Assembly (NCBI GenBank): GCA_963718915.1
Contig: CAVRAI010000001.1
Coordinates: 270,001-302,000 of the forward strand
DNA: 32,000 bases
DNA from: an uncultured Chloroflexia bacterium
GTDB taxonomy: Bacteria > Chloroflexota > Ktedonobacteria > Ktedonobacterales > JADMIN01
Direction: 5' to 3'
In this document: one piece after another, positions 9,130-16,781 of the stretch
Layout: each line of letters starts with the position of its first letter
Position numbering within the stretch: position 1 is the first letter of the stretch
Made by a program: the position numbers and the translations under genes
Notes under the pieces: model-generated
Databases searched by the model: none
The model's input: the letters and a program-made list of their open reading frames with translations, nothing else
Told to the model about the DNA's origin: nothing

Positions 9130-9184
9130 GCTCATATGATATCTTCTCTGCGCCATCGCCAGTGATTCTGCGTAACGCATCGCT
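9020..9184 (-). pseudogene. start-less C-terminal ORF fragment of unknown family
   Basis: Translates to SDALRRITGDGAEKISYELRVYDAWVALGCPDAPDDNPDPVFDPSTAVVFDEDE*. By hand count, 31 of the last 37 codons end in G/C. The frame is closed by TGA at 9185-9187 with no start codon. Confidence 0.4.
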
Positions 9185-9216
9185 TCATCAGGACCAGATG
9201 CCTCGTCAGAGCGCTT

Positions 9217-9420
9217 TCATGGCCCGGCATGAATTGAATCGCTCAACTGTGCGAACCAACTACGAGCGGGTCGGCAAACTTGCAGCGGGCCAGGCACATA
9301 GCGATAATACATACTCCCGATGTCAAAAGCGCCGAGAGTATCATCCTCAAAGAGGATCATATAGGGCACATTCACTCCTCTAGCAAAGTCCGCGCCTGAA
9401 GCGAAGGCTGAGTCTATCAA
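9217..9420 (-). CDS. small hypothetical protein or gene fragment
   Basis: 67-aa ORF (MIDSAFASGADFARGVNVPYMILFEDDTLGAFDIGSMYYRY...) in a lower-GC stretch. No motif recognised. Confidence 0.25.
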   Translation of the reverse strand: MIDSAFASGADFARGVNVPYMILFEDDTLGAFDIGSMYYRYVPGPLQVCRPARSWFAQLSDSIHAGP

Positions 9421-9504
9421 ATGTATCCTATGCTCTGGTATACATGAAATGGCCCGGCCTGCAGCACAGGCCTTCCCAGGATAGGACGGTAGTCGAGAAC
9501 CCCT

Positions 9505-9909
9505 TTACCGACATAGGGTATGCCACGCCGCCGCTTTGCGCCGTCCTGCAGCTATGCGTTGCTCTTGCTGCTCATATTCGGCGTTGACTTTATCCGATAC
9601 ATCCCGGATTCCGCCAGCAATACATCGCCTCCACTTCGCGCAGTGCCTCGGCAAAATTCTCGTCATCGCCTTGCAGCACATCAAGCTAAACTGCCCATGT
9701 GAGGCCATGTTTTCGCAGGAGTTAGACGATGCGACGGCTTTCTTTGCCCAGTCATTGTCAGCGATTAATTTATCGAAATATGCCTGTGACATAGCCATAT
9801 GTTCCGGTTGGCGCAGCACATTCAGATGCTTACGCTGTTTATCTATTGATATAACTCGCGGATACTGAGGTAGCGCCTCGATAGCGCACGTAATCCAGGG
9901 CAAATCCAC
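9505..9909 (-). pseudogene. hypothetical gene, probably frameshifted
   Basis: GTG-started 134-aa ORF. Protein-like stretches continue in other frames of the same strand, e.g. DVLQGDDENFAEALREVEAMY, and upstream WLDEQDKVKVRYLAL and VDEDHIAETDEYYLIVLVG (about 9850-10016). Confidence 0.35.
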
Positions 9910-10116
9910 ACGCGAGTCATAGTGCCAGATAGCGGACCTTCACTTTGTCCTGCTCGTCCAACCAGCACAATCAGGTAATACTCATCTGTTTCAGCAATGT
10001 GATCCTCGTCTACTGTCTACCATAAGCCTGTAGACCTGAATTGGGCCGTAGGTGCGCACGAGTGACCCAGTAATCTCCTCGAACCTCTCATCGTGCATGC
10101 TGCGTGCTGCCTCCGC

Positions 10117-10539
10117 TTACCCGATGCGCTCCAGGATGACGACGGGAATCTTGCGGCTGATCTGCGCCTGGTGGTCGGTGAAGAAGGGCATTTGCGCCAC
10201 GATCTGCGCCCAGAGGCGGTCGTACTCCTCGCCCTCGGCCACGATGGCTCGCGTCTGAAACGTCGCGTCGGGTAGCTCGACCGTCACCGCCGGATTGGCG
10301 ACAAGGTTGACGTACCAGTCGGGATGCCGCACCGCGCCAGCATTCGAGGCGATCACCAGCACGCGGTCGCCATCGGTGACGTAGGTCATCGGCGTGGTAT
10401 GGGGCTGGCCGCTGCGCGCGCCGGTCGTCGTCAGCAAGACGATCTTTCGCCCGCTGAATTTGGGGTCATGCGCGCGAAAATCCGCGATCAGCTGGCGGTT
10501 GAACGCCTTCAATTCCTCAGGCGTTTGTGGCATCGACAT
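10117..10539 (-). CDS. deazaflavin (F420)-dependent nitroreductase family protein (Ddn/DUF385-like)
   Basis: LLTTTGARSGQPHTTPMTYVTDGDRVLVIASNAGAVRHPDWYVNL and EEYDRLWAQ are typical of this family. AGGA lies 8 nt before the ATG. Confidence 0.88.
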   Translation of the reverse strand: MSMPQTPEELKAFNRQLIADFRAHDPKFSGRKIVLLTTTGARSGQPHTTPMTYVTDGDRVLVIASNAGAVRHPDWYVNLVANPAVTVELPDATFQTRAIVAEGEEYDRLWAQIVAQMPFFTDHQAQISRKIPVVILERIG

Positions 10540-10581
10540 GTATTATCCTGACTTCTCCAGTATCGTCCGCTGATTTCCTGT

Positions 10582-10743
10582 TTAGCGCGCATGAGGCATC
10601 GCCTCGCTAGCGAAGCGCTCGACATGCGCCATGCGATCAAGCCAGCGCCGCGCCATAGATTGTAGCATAGCGTGGCTTGATAGCGGCTTCTGATCATGGC
10701 TGGCCAGTGATCTCATCCGGTCGAAGTGTGGCCAGGTTGTAGA
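10582..10743 (-). pseudogene. C-terminal remnant of a second LLM-class oxidoreductase gene
   Basis: The - strand translates to ...HAMLQSMARRWLDRMAHVERFASEAMPHAR*, parallel to the end of the intact LLM gene (...HLALQFMAPRWPDRVEQIERFASEVMPHVR*, 12206-12292). Hand alignment gives 69/87 nt identical. No start codon. Confidence 0.6.
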
Positions 10744-11238
10744 TCACTTCGCCTGGAATGGAGGCGGCCCAAGAATCACGATGCCGCCATAACGCTCTGC
10801 CGAGGCTGCTATTCGCGCAAAATCAACTGGACCGGCAGCGATGAGGGCGTCAGTCGCTGGCTCGCTGGCGCCACGATAGAAGGCCTCGCTGCTGCCTGGT
10901 GTCTCAACGAAGAGCATGCGCGCCGTCTCTGAAACAACCATGAACGCATGCGGCACGCCCCGTGGGGCCACTGCTACGCCATGCGGCCCGAGTTGCCGTT
11001 CCTGGCCATCGAGGTACACGAGGATCTCACCCTCAAGCACATAGAGTGTCTCGTCTACGTCAGGGTGCTGGTGGAGAGGCGTCACCTTGCCCCTGGTCAT
11101 AACATCCTCGAATAGCAGGAAGGCGCCCCCTGTCTCAGCGCTGGTGGCCTTCCAGGTATGCACGCCACCACCATAGAACCAGAACTTCTCGCCTTCGCCA
11201 TCTGCGCGGACAATCGAAACGACTTTGTTCATCGCCAT
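10744..11238 (-). CDS. cupin domain protein
   Basis: Cupin motifs PLHQHPDVDETLYVLEGE and GVPHAF. 164 aa. Confidence 0.85.
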   Translation of the reverse strand: MAMNKVVSIVRADGEGEKFWFYGGGVHTWKATSAETGGAFLLFEDVMTRGKVTPLHQHPDVDETLYVLEGEILVYLDGQERQLGPHGVAVAPRGVPHAFMVVSETARMLFVETPGSSEAFYRGASEPATDALIAAGPVDFARIAASAERYGGIVILGPPPFQAK

Positions 11239-11380
11239 CTCAGCCTCCCCATCGCTTTGTGGTACTGTTGTCTCTTAATGGTACTTCAGTTCCATAATGA
11301 GAGTACTGTATAATGAACACGGTGTCAAGGGCCGTGATCGCTCGGGTATACAGGGCGAAGAAATGGAGGACGGAGAACCG

Positions 11381-12019
11381 ATGTCGATCGTCTATGAGCA
11401 AGCAGGTCGAACGCACCAAAAGAAACGCACTCGCGAGGCGTTGGTGGCTGCCGCTCGTGAGTTGGTGGCTCAGGGTGAGATGCCCACCGTCGAGAGTGTT
11501 GCCGCTGCGGCATCGATCTCGCGCAGCACAGCCTATCGTTATTTTCCGAACCAGCAAGCGTTGCTCGTGGCGGCTCACCCTGAGATCGACGTGCAATCGA
11601 TGCTTCCTGAGGTCGCGCCCGAGGATGCGCCAGCGCGGCTCGACATTGTCATTCGGGCGTTCGTGCAACTCATCCTTGATACAGAGCGGCCACAGCGCAC
11701 GATGCTGCGTCTGTCGCTCGAACAGGATCCCACCCATCACGGCGAGCTACCACTGCGGAAAGGACGCGCGATTGGCTGGATCGAGGAAGCGCTCGCACCC
11801 CTCCGCGCACGGATGGCTGAGTCCGAACTGCGGCGGCTCGTCTACGCGATAAGGATCAACACCGGCATTGAGGCGCTTGTGTGGCTTACTGATGTTGCCG
11901 GGCTCTCGCGCGAGGAGGCCGCAGAGGTCATGCGCTGGTCGGCCAGCAGCCTGTTGCAATCGGTTCTGAGCAGCCAGAATCCTGTGACATCTCCCCCGGC
12001 TGAAACCGGGAGCTTCTAG
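11381..12019 (+). CDS. TetR/AcrR family transcriptional regulator
   Basis: HTH segment TVESVAAAASISRSTAYRYFPNQQAL. ATG 11381 sits 10 nt after GGAGGA; the track start 11297 is unlikely. Divergent from the cupin gene. The intergenic region carries TATAAT at 11309-11314 and three GTACT-containing repeats. Confidence 0.85.
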   Translation: MSIVYEQAGRTHQKKRTREALVAAARELVAQGEMPTVESVAAAASISRSTAYRYFPNQQALLVAAHPEIDVQSMLPEVAPEDAPARLDIVIRAFVQLILDTERPQRTMLRLSLEQDPTHHGELPLRKGRAIGWIEEALAPLRARMAESELRRLVYAIRINTGIEALVWLTDVAGLSREEAAEVMRWSASSLLQSVLSSQNPVTSPPAETGSF

Positions 12020-12030
12020 AGGTCAAACCC

Positions 12031-12090
12031 CACGCCATGATGCCCCAGGGCGAGAGCCAAAGCTCACGACCAGTGTACCATCATGGCGTG
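12031..12090. repeat. perfect 12-bp inverted repeat between convergent genes
   Basis: CACGCCATGATG (12031-12042) and CATCATGGCGTG (12079-12090), separated by 36 nt. Confidence 0.6.
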
Positions 12091-12205
12091 AAAAAGGCAA
12101 GGGGCCATTCATCCCCCGCTTGAAAGTAGGGGCTTTCGGGCCAGTTTCTATAAGTTCCTGAGGACTGCTAGCGCCTATGCGCCTGTGTCGCTTCTCGCTC
12201 GGGTG

Positions 12206-13135
12206 CTAGCGCACATGCGGCATGACCTCGCTGGCGAAGCGCTCGATCTGCTCCACGCGGTCGGGCCAGCGCGGCGCCATGAATTGTAGCGCCAAATGCT
12301 CGACGCCAATCCCGCGGTAGACAGACAGCGCCTCGATCAGTTGTTCCGGGGAACCGCGCAACACCCGCTCATCCTGCGCCACTGGCTCGCGCGTCACCTC
12401 GATGGGGCGGCAGCAGGTCAGCTTCACCACATCGCCATTGCGCCCGGCGTACTCGGCCTCGCGGCGGGCGTTATCGTAACCCGCGCGTAGCTCGGCGGGC
12501 GAGATGCTCACGAAGTAGGGGAACCAGGCGTCGCCGTAGTGGCCCGCGCGTCGTTGCGCCGCCGCGCCCTCGCCGCCAACCCAGAGCGGGATGCGCGGCT
12601 GCTGGATTGGCTTGGGATAGAAGGCCACGTCGTCGAACGCATAGTGCTGCCCATGGAAGCTGACATGCTCCTGCGTCCAGAGCAGATCGAGGATTTGGAG
12701 TTGTTCATCGGTCATCCTGCCGCGCGCTTTGAAGGGTACGCCCAGCGCGGCGAACTCCTCCTCCATCCAGCCGACGCCCACGCCCACCGTCAGCCGCCCG
12801 CCTGCCAGCCGTTCGATGGAGGCGGCGACGCGCGCCCAGTAGAGCGGATGGCGGTATGGCAACACCAGCACGCTGATGCCCAGCGTAATCGTCTGGGTGC
12901 AGCCCGCGAGATAGGCAAGGCAGGTGAATGAGTCGAGGAACGGGCGGTCGGGCGGCACGATGAACTCATGGTTCTCGGCGTAGGGGTAGGGCGTGCGAAT
13001 CTCCCATGGTGTGACGACGCGATCCGCCGACCAGACCGCGTCGAAGCCCTGCCGCTCGGCGCTCTGCGCCGCTTCACGCAGCGTATCAGGCCCAGTTGCG
13101 CGGCCAGAGATGGGCAGAAATACCCCCAACTGCAT
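12206..13135 (-). CDS. LLM-class (luciferase-like) oxidoreductase, probably F420-dependent
   Basis: 309 aa. MQLGVFLP...GFDAVWSADR...LGISVLVLPYRHP...GRLTVGVGVGW is typical of luciferase-like monooxygenase family proteins. Confidence 0.85.
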   Translation of the reverse strand: MQLGVFLPISGRATGPDTLREAAQSAERQGFDAVWSADRVVTPWEIRTPYPYAENHEFIVPPDRPFLDSFTCLAYLAGCTQTITLGISVLVLPYRHPLYWARVAASIERLAGGRLTVGVGVGWMEEEFAALGVPFKARGRMTDEQLQILDLLWTQEHVSFHGQHYAFDDVAFYPKPIQQPRIPLWVGGEGAAAQRRAGHYGDAWFPYFVSISPAELRAGYDNARREAEYAGRNGDVVKLTCCRPIEVTREPVAQDERVLRGSPEQLIEALSVYRGIGVEHLALQFMAPRWPDRVEQIERFASEVMPHVR

Positions 13136-13167
13136 GCGCCAGTCCTCCCGTGTAGCCCATTAGCCCA

Positions 13168-13794
13168 TCAGACGCGCTCGAAACGCCGCAGCCAGTACCA
13201 CGCCGTCGGAGCGCCATTGCGACCCGTACCGCGCTCGGTCTTCTCCAGCTTGAAGGTGTCGCCAAAGATGTGCTCGACGTCCTCTTGCGTGAAGCCAACG
13301 CGGCGCATTCCAAGCATACGCGGCTCGAATCCATAGAGCAAGTAGAGCGCGCCAGGCGCGGCAAAACGCGCGACGCCAGCGGCGTAGTCGGCGCGGCGGT
13401 CTTCATTTAAGCCATGGAAACAGCCCAGATCGAGGATGAGGGAGCAGGGCGCGCCGATAGGTAGCCGATCCAACTGTGTGACGTCGCCACGGATGAAACG
13501 CACCGAGCCAGGCAGCTTGCCCATCGCTCGCGCCTTCTGTTTGGCGCGTGTAATCGCGGGGGCGGCGAAGTCTACGCCCATGGCCTGCCAGCCGTTGCGC
13601 GCCAGATAGAGACTGTTGGTGCCGGTGCCGCAGCCCAGATCGAGCGCGCGTCCCGGCGGCATCGCGCCCACACCTTCGACCGCATCCACCAGTTCCGGCG
13701 GTGAGATGCCGGTATCCCACGGGGTTTGGCCTCGCCGATACATCCAGGTAAAGAACAGCCGATGGAAGATCGCCTCGAAAAATCGCCGGAGCAT
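13168..13794 (-). CDS. class I SAM-dependent methyltransferase
   Basis: Motif I ALDLGCGTGTNSLYLA. Start taken at ATG 13794 (MLRRFFEAIF...), because the upstream 53 codons of the track ORF look non-coding. Lies 33 nt upstream of the LLM gene on the same strand. Confidence 0.85.
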   Translation of the reverse strand: MLRRFFEAIFHRLFFTWMYRRGQTPWDTGISPPELVDAVEGVGAMPPGRALDLGCGTGTNSLYLARNGWQAMGVDFAAPAITRAKQKARAMGKLPGSVRFIRGDVTQLDRLPIGAPCSLILDLGCFHGLNEDRRADYAAGVARFAAPGALYLLYGFEPRMLGMRRVGFTQEDVEHIFGDTFKLEKTERGTGRNGAPTAWYWLRRFERV

Positions 13795-13992
13795 CTCAAC
13801 CCTGCCTTTCGCGATTTGGTCGCCGGAGCGACACCGATGCTTCAGTATACGCACGCAGGGTATGAAACGATGTGGGGAAGTTAGAGTGATTCCGGTAACA
13901 CAAACAGTTTGGAGTATCAATGTGTCGCACCTACCAATGTATATATCTGACATGGCGGTGTGGCGCAGTCTTCGCGAGACGCGGACGTGAGA

Positions 13993-14409
13993 TCAACTCA
14001 TCAGAGCGCTACGCGGCATATGCATCACAGATAGCCCTGGCACGCGCGTCAGGTCGCCATCGAGTGTGACGACGGTGAGGTCATGTTCGAGCGCGGTAGC
14101 TGCAATCAGCGTATCAACATCGCCAATCAAGCCAACGCTACGCCGCATACTCCGGCGAAGGTCGGCGTACCGTTCCAGGATGCGATATGTGAGTTGATAT
14201 GGAGTTACTTCACAAAGCAGCTTTCGAAGCTCAGTACGACGCTGGCGGTAGTCAGAAGCACTCTTGAGGTATTCTATCGCTTCACCATAGACAAGTTGGC
14301 TTGTAGTGGCTTCCCGTGCGATTATCCATGGCTGGACAAGTCGCAATGCTCCCGGGCGACCTTTCAGGTATGCGATGAGAACTCCGTTATCCAATAGATA
14401 GCGGGTCAT
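13993..14409 (-). CDS. vapC: type II toxin, PIN-domain VapC family
   Basis: PIN acidic residues in LLDNGV, GEAIEY, IGDVDTLIAATA and VTLDGDL. The ATGA overlap with the upstream gene (14406-14409) is typical of TA pairs. Confidence 0.88.
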   Translation of the reverse strand: MTRYLLDNGVLIAYLKGRPGALRLVQPWIIAREATTSQLVYGEAIEYLKSASDYRQRRTELRKLLCEVTPYQLTYRILERYADLRRSMRRSVGLIGDVDTLIAATALEHDLTVVTLDGDLTRVPGLSVMHMPRSALMS

Positions 14410-14711
14410 TTCGCATCCTCCTCGTCAAGCCACGCGAGTTGGTCTTCTATTGGTGGCGATGGCTTGCTTTCTTGTCTGATACGTTCGAAGTATGCGAACT
14501 CATCATCGTCTTGCAGGTCACGCCAGGCGCCACCTAGAGCCAGCGCTGCCCGAACCGTAGGCGGCAGGTTGTCATCACTGAATGCTTGGTGCGGCGTGCC
14601 TACGTCCGCAAGCGGCTCCGTCATCTCCTCGATGTACTGCGCCAAGTCTTCCTGTGCAGCGGGAGATAGGTCTTCGATATGCTCCAGGGCGCGTTGCAAT
14701 CGTTCGATCAT
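14406..14711 (-). CDS. putative cognate antitoxin (acidic, no recognised DNA-binding fold)
   Basis: ATG 14711 is preceded by GAGGA; the track start 14729 is TTG. 4-nt overlap with vapC. Product MIERLQRALEHIEDLSPAAQEDL...DQLAWLDEEDAK. Confidence 0.65.
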   Translation of the reverse strand: MIERLQRALEHIEDLSPAAQEDLAQYIEEMTEPLADVGTPHQAFSDDNLPPTVRAALALGGAWRDLQDDDEFAYFERIRQESKPSPPIEDQLAWLDEEDAK

Positions 14712-14756
14712 GCTCACATCCTCGTACAATGCTTGACACTCCGCAGGCTGCGCTCA

Positions 14757-14765
14757 AGTATACCA
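14757..14765 (-). promoter_or_regulatory. candidate extended -10 promoter (TGgTATACT) for the TA operon
   Basis: The reverse complement of AGTATACCA reads TGGTATACT, about 45 nt upstream of ATG 14711. Confidence 0.4.
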
Positions 14766-14786
14766 TCTGGCGTCGCGTGCCTCGCG

Positions 14787-14795
14787 TGCTATAAT
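14787..14795 (+). promoter_or_regulatory. candidate extended -10 promoter (TGcTATAAT) giving a leaderless SDR mRNA
   Basis: TGCTATAAT ends 7 nt before ATG 14803, and no SD is present. Confidence 0.45.
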
Positions 14796-14802
14796 CGGCG
14801 GC

Positions 14803-15561
14803 ATGGACGCACAACAGCAGCAGCGTGAGACGCCAGGACAACCAGAGCGGACGCTGGCGGGGCAGGTCGCCATCATTACCGGGGCGAGCCGTGGCATTGG
14901 GCGCGCGGGGGCGCTGGCCTTCGCGGCGGAGGGCGCGGCGGTCGTGCTGGCGGCGCGTGACGCGGATGCGCTGGCGGCCAATGTCGCCGAGATTGTTGCG
15001 GCAGGCGGCAGGGCGCTGGCCGTGCCGACGGATGTCGCCGACGAGGAGAGCGTTGCCCAGCTCTTCGCGCGGACTGAGGCAGCGTTCGGACGGGTCACGA
15101 TCCTCGTCAACGCGGCGGGCGCGGTCGCCAACCGCCCATTCGCCGAGATGGATATCACCACGTGGGATACCGTCCTCAATACCAACCTGCGCGGAACATT
15201 CCTCTGCTGTCGCGCCGCGTTCCAGTCAATGCAGGCGCACGGTGGCGGAGTGATCGTCAACTTCTCCTCGCTCTCGGGCGTGCCAAAGGTCGAGAAGTTT
15301 CCAGGCCTAAGCGCCTATGTCGTCTCAAAGTTTGGTGTCGCCGGGCTGAGCGAGATTCTGGCGGTGGAGGGGCGCCCGCACAATATTCGCGTCATCGCCG
15401 TCAGCCCTGGCGCGGTGGATACCGAGATGCTGCGACAGGCCGCGCCGCATCTCAAGGCGGGCATGACGCCAGAGCAGATGGCACGCATCCTTGTCTTCCT
15501 GGTGGGGCCAGACGCCGCGCCGCTGAATGGCGCCAACCTGGAACTCTATACCAACGCCTGA
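14803..15561 (+). CDS. SDR family oxidoreductase
   Basis: TGASRGIG cofactor motif and YVVSK (YxxxK) catalytic motif. 252 aa. Confidence 0.9.
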   Translation: MDAQQQQRETPGQPERTLAGQVAIITGASRGIGRAGALAFAAEGAAVVLAARDADALAANVAEIVAAGGRALAVPTDVADEESVAQLFARTEAAFGRVTILVNAAGAVANRPFAEMDITTWDTVLNTNLRGTFLCCRAAFQSMQAHGGGVIVNFSSLSGVPKVEKFPGLSAYVVSKFGVAGLSEILAVEGRPHNIRVIAVSPGAVDTEMLRQAAPHLKAGMTPEQMARILVFLVGPDAAPLNGANLELYTNA

Positions 15562-15595
15562 CTAACACCTGACCATGTCTGAAGGAGCACCCGCC

Positions 15596-16747
15596 ATGCG
15601 TATCGCGCTTGTCGCGCCACTCGTCTCACCCATCGCGCCGCCGTATCTGGGTGGGGCGCAGGCGTTGCTGGCCGATCTGGCGCGCGGGCTGGCGCAACGC
15701 GGCCATGAGGTGACACTCTACGCCGCCGAAGGCTCCGACGTGCCTGGCGTGCGCATCCTCACATTGGGCATCGATTCCAAAGCGCTACGCCCGGCGCGCT
15801 TCTACCGTGATAGATCCGCCCCTGCCGATGGCGAGCGCGTCCCAGATATGCTGCGCCCCGACGAGCGGAAACTGCTGCCTTCCTACGCCTTTCTCCACGT
15901 CTTTCGCGCGCTCGTCAATCACGCCGATGACTACGATCTCGTCCACGCGCACGCCTTCGACTGGCCTGCCTACGCCTACTCGTCGATGCTGGTGCTGCCG
16001 GTCATCCACACACTGCACCTGCCCGCAGTGGATAGCAATATCGCCAACCTGCTCGGCATGCTGGCCCCACCCGATGGCGCGCCCGCGCGTGTGCGCCTCA
16101 CGACCGTCTCGCAGGCGTGCGCCGCTGGCTGGGCGCCTCACTGCGACATCGCTCAAGTCATCTATAACGGCGTGGATCTGGCGGCGATTCCCTTCCGCGC
16201 GGCGCCCAACCCTGAGCCATCGCTGCTCTTCGCCGGACGGATCAGCCCGGAGAAGGGTGTCGAGGATGCGCTGGAAATCGCCGAGCGAGCCGGGCTGCCG
16301 CTGGTGCTGGCGGGCGATGTCTACGACACGCGCTACTACGAGCAGCGGATCGCGCCACGACTTGCGCGACTGGGCGAGCGCGTCCGTTATCTCGGCAGCG
16401 TGCCACGCGAGGCGCTGTATCAGCTGATGGGTGAGGCGCGGGCAGTCCTCTGCACGCCACACTGGGACGAGCCGTTTGGGCTGGTGGCCTGTGAGGCGCT
16501 GGCGGCAGGCGCGCCGGTCATTGGCTACCAGCGCGGTGGCCTCTCCGAGGTGGTCGCGGATGGCGAGACAGGCTATCTGGTCGCGCCTGGTGATGTCTCC
16601 GCCGCCGTTGCCGCCGTCCAGCGGGCGCCCGCGCTCGACCGCCACGCCTGCCGCGCACGGGTGGAAAGTCTCTTCCAGCTGGAGACGATGCTCGACGCCT
16701 ACGAGGCGTTCTATGCGGAGACGCGGGCGCTCGACGCGGCCCGCTAA
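15596..16747 (+). CDS. glycosyltransferase family 4 (GT-B, group 1)
   Basis: MRIALVAP start 8 nt after GAAGGAG. GRISPEKG and FGLVACEALAAGAPVIGYQRGGLSEVV (E-x7-E region). Confidence 0.9.
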   Translation: MRIALVAPLVSPIAPPYLGGAQALLADLARGLAQRGHEVTLYAAEGSDVPGVRILTLGIDSKALRPARFYRDRSAPADGERVPDMLRPDERKLLPSYAFLHVFRALVNHADDYDLVHAHAFDWPAYAYSSMLVLPVIHTLHLPAVDSNIANLLGMLAPPDGAPARVRLTTVSQACAAGWAPHCDIAQVIYNGVDLAAIPFRAAPNPEPSLLFAGRISPEKGVEDALEIAERAGLPLVLAGDVYDTRYYEQRIAPRLARLGERVRYLGSVPREALYQLMGEARAVLCTPHWDEPFGLVACEALAAGAPVIGYQRGGLSEVVADGETGYLVAPGDVSAAVAAVQRAPALDRHACRARVESLFQLETMLDAYEAFYAETRALDAAR

Positions 16748-16781
16748 GAGTCTGGCGGTTGATGAACATTACGAATGAACC

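Noticed and set aside
8887-9180. 97-aa minus-strand ORF (MRYAESLAMAQRRYHMSSGSTTPGSR...) overlapping the mgtC tail.
   Set aside because: Its composition is low-complexity Ser/Thr/Arg. A different minus-strand frame (9020-9184) shows the real coding bias, so this ORF is probably a by-product frame.
13316-13336. tRNA T-arm-like string GGCTCGAATCC.
   Set aside because: The flanking bases cannot form a T-stem or the rest of a cloverleaf. The site lies inside the well-supported methyltransferase CDS.
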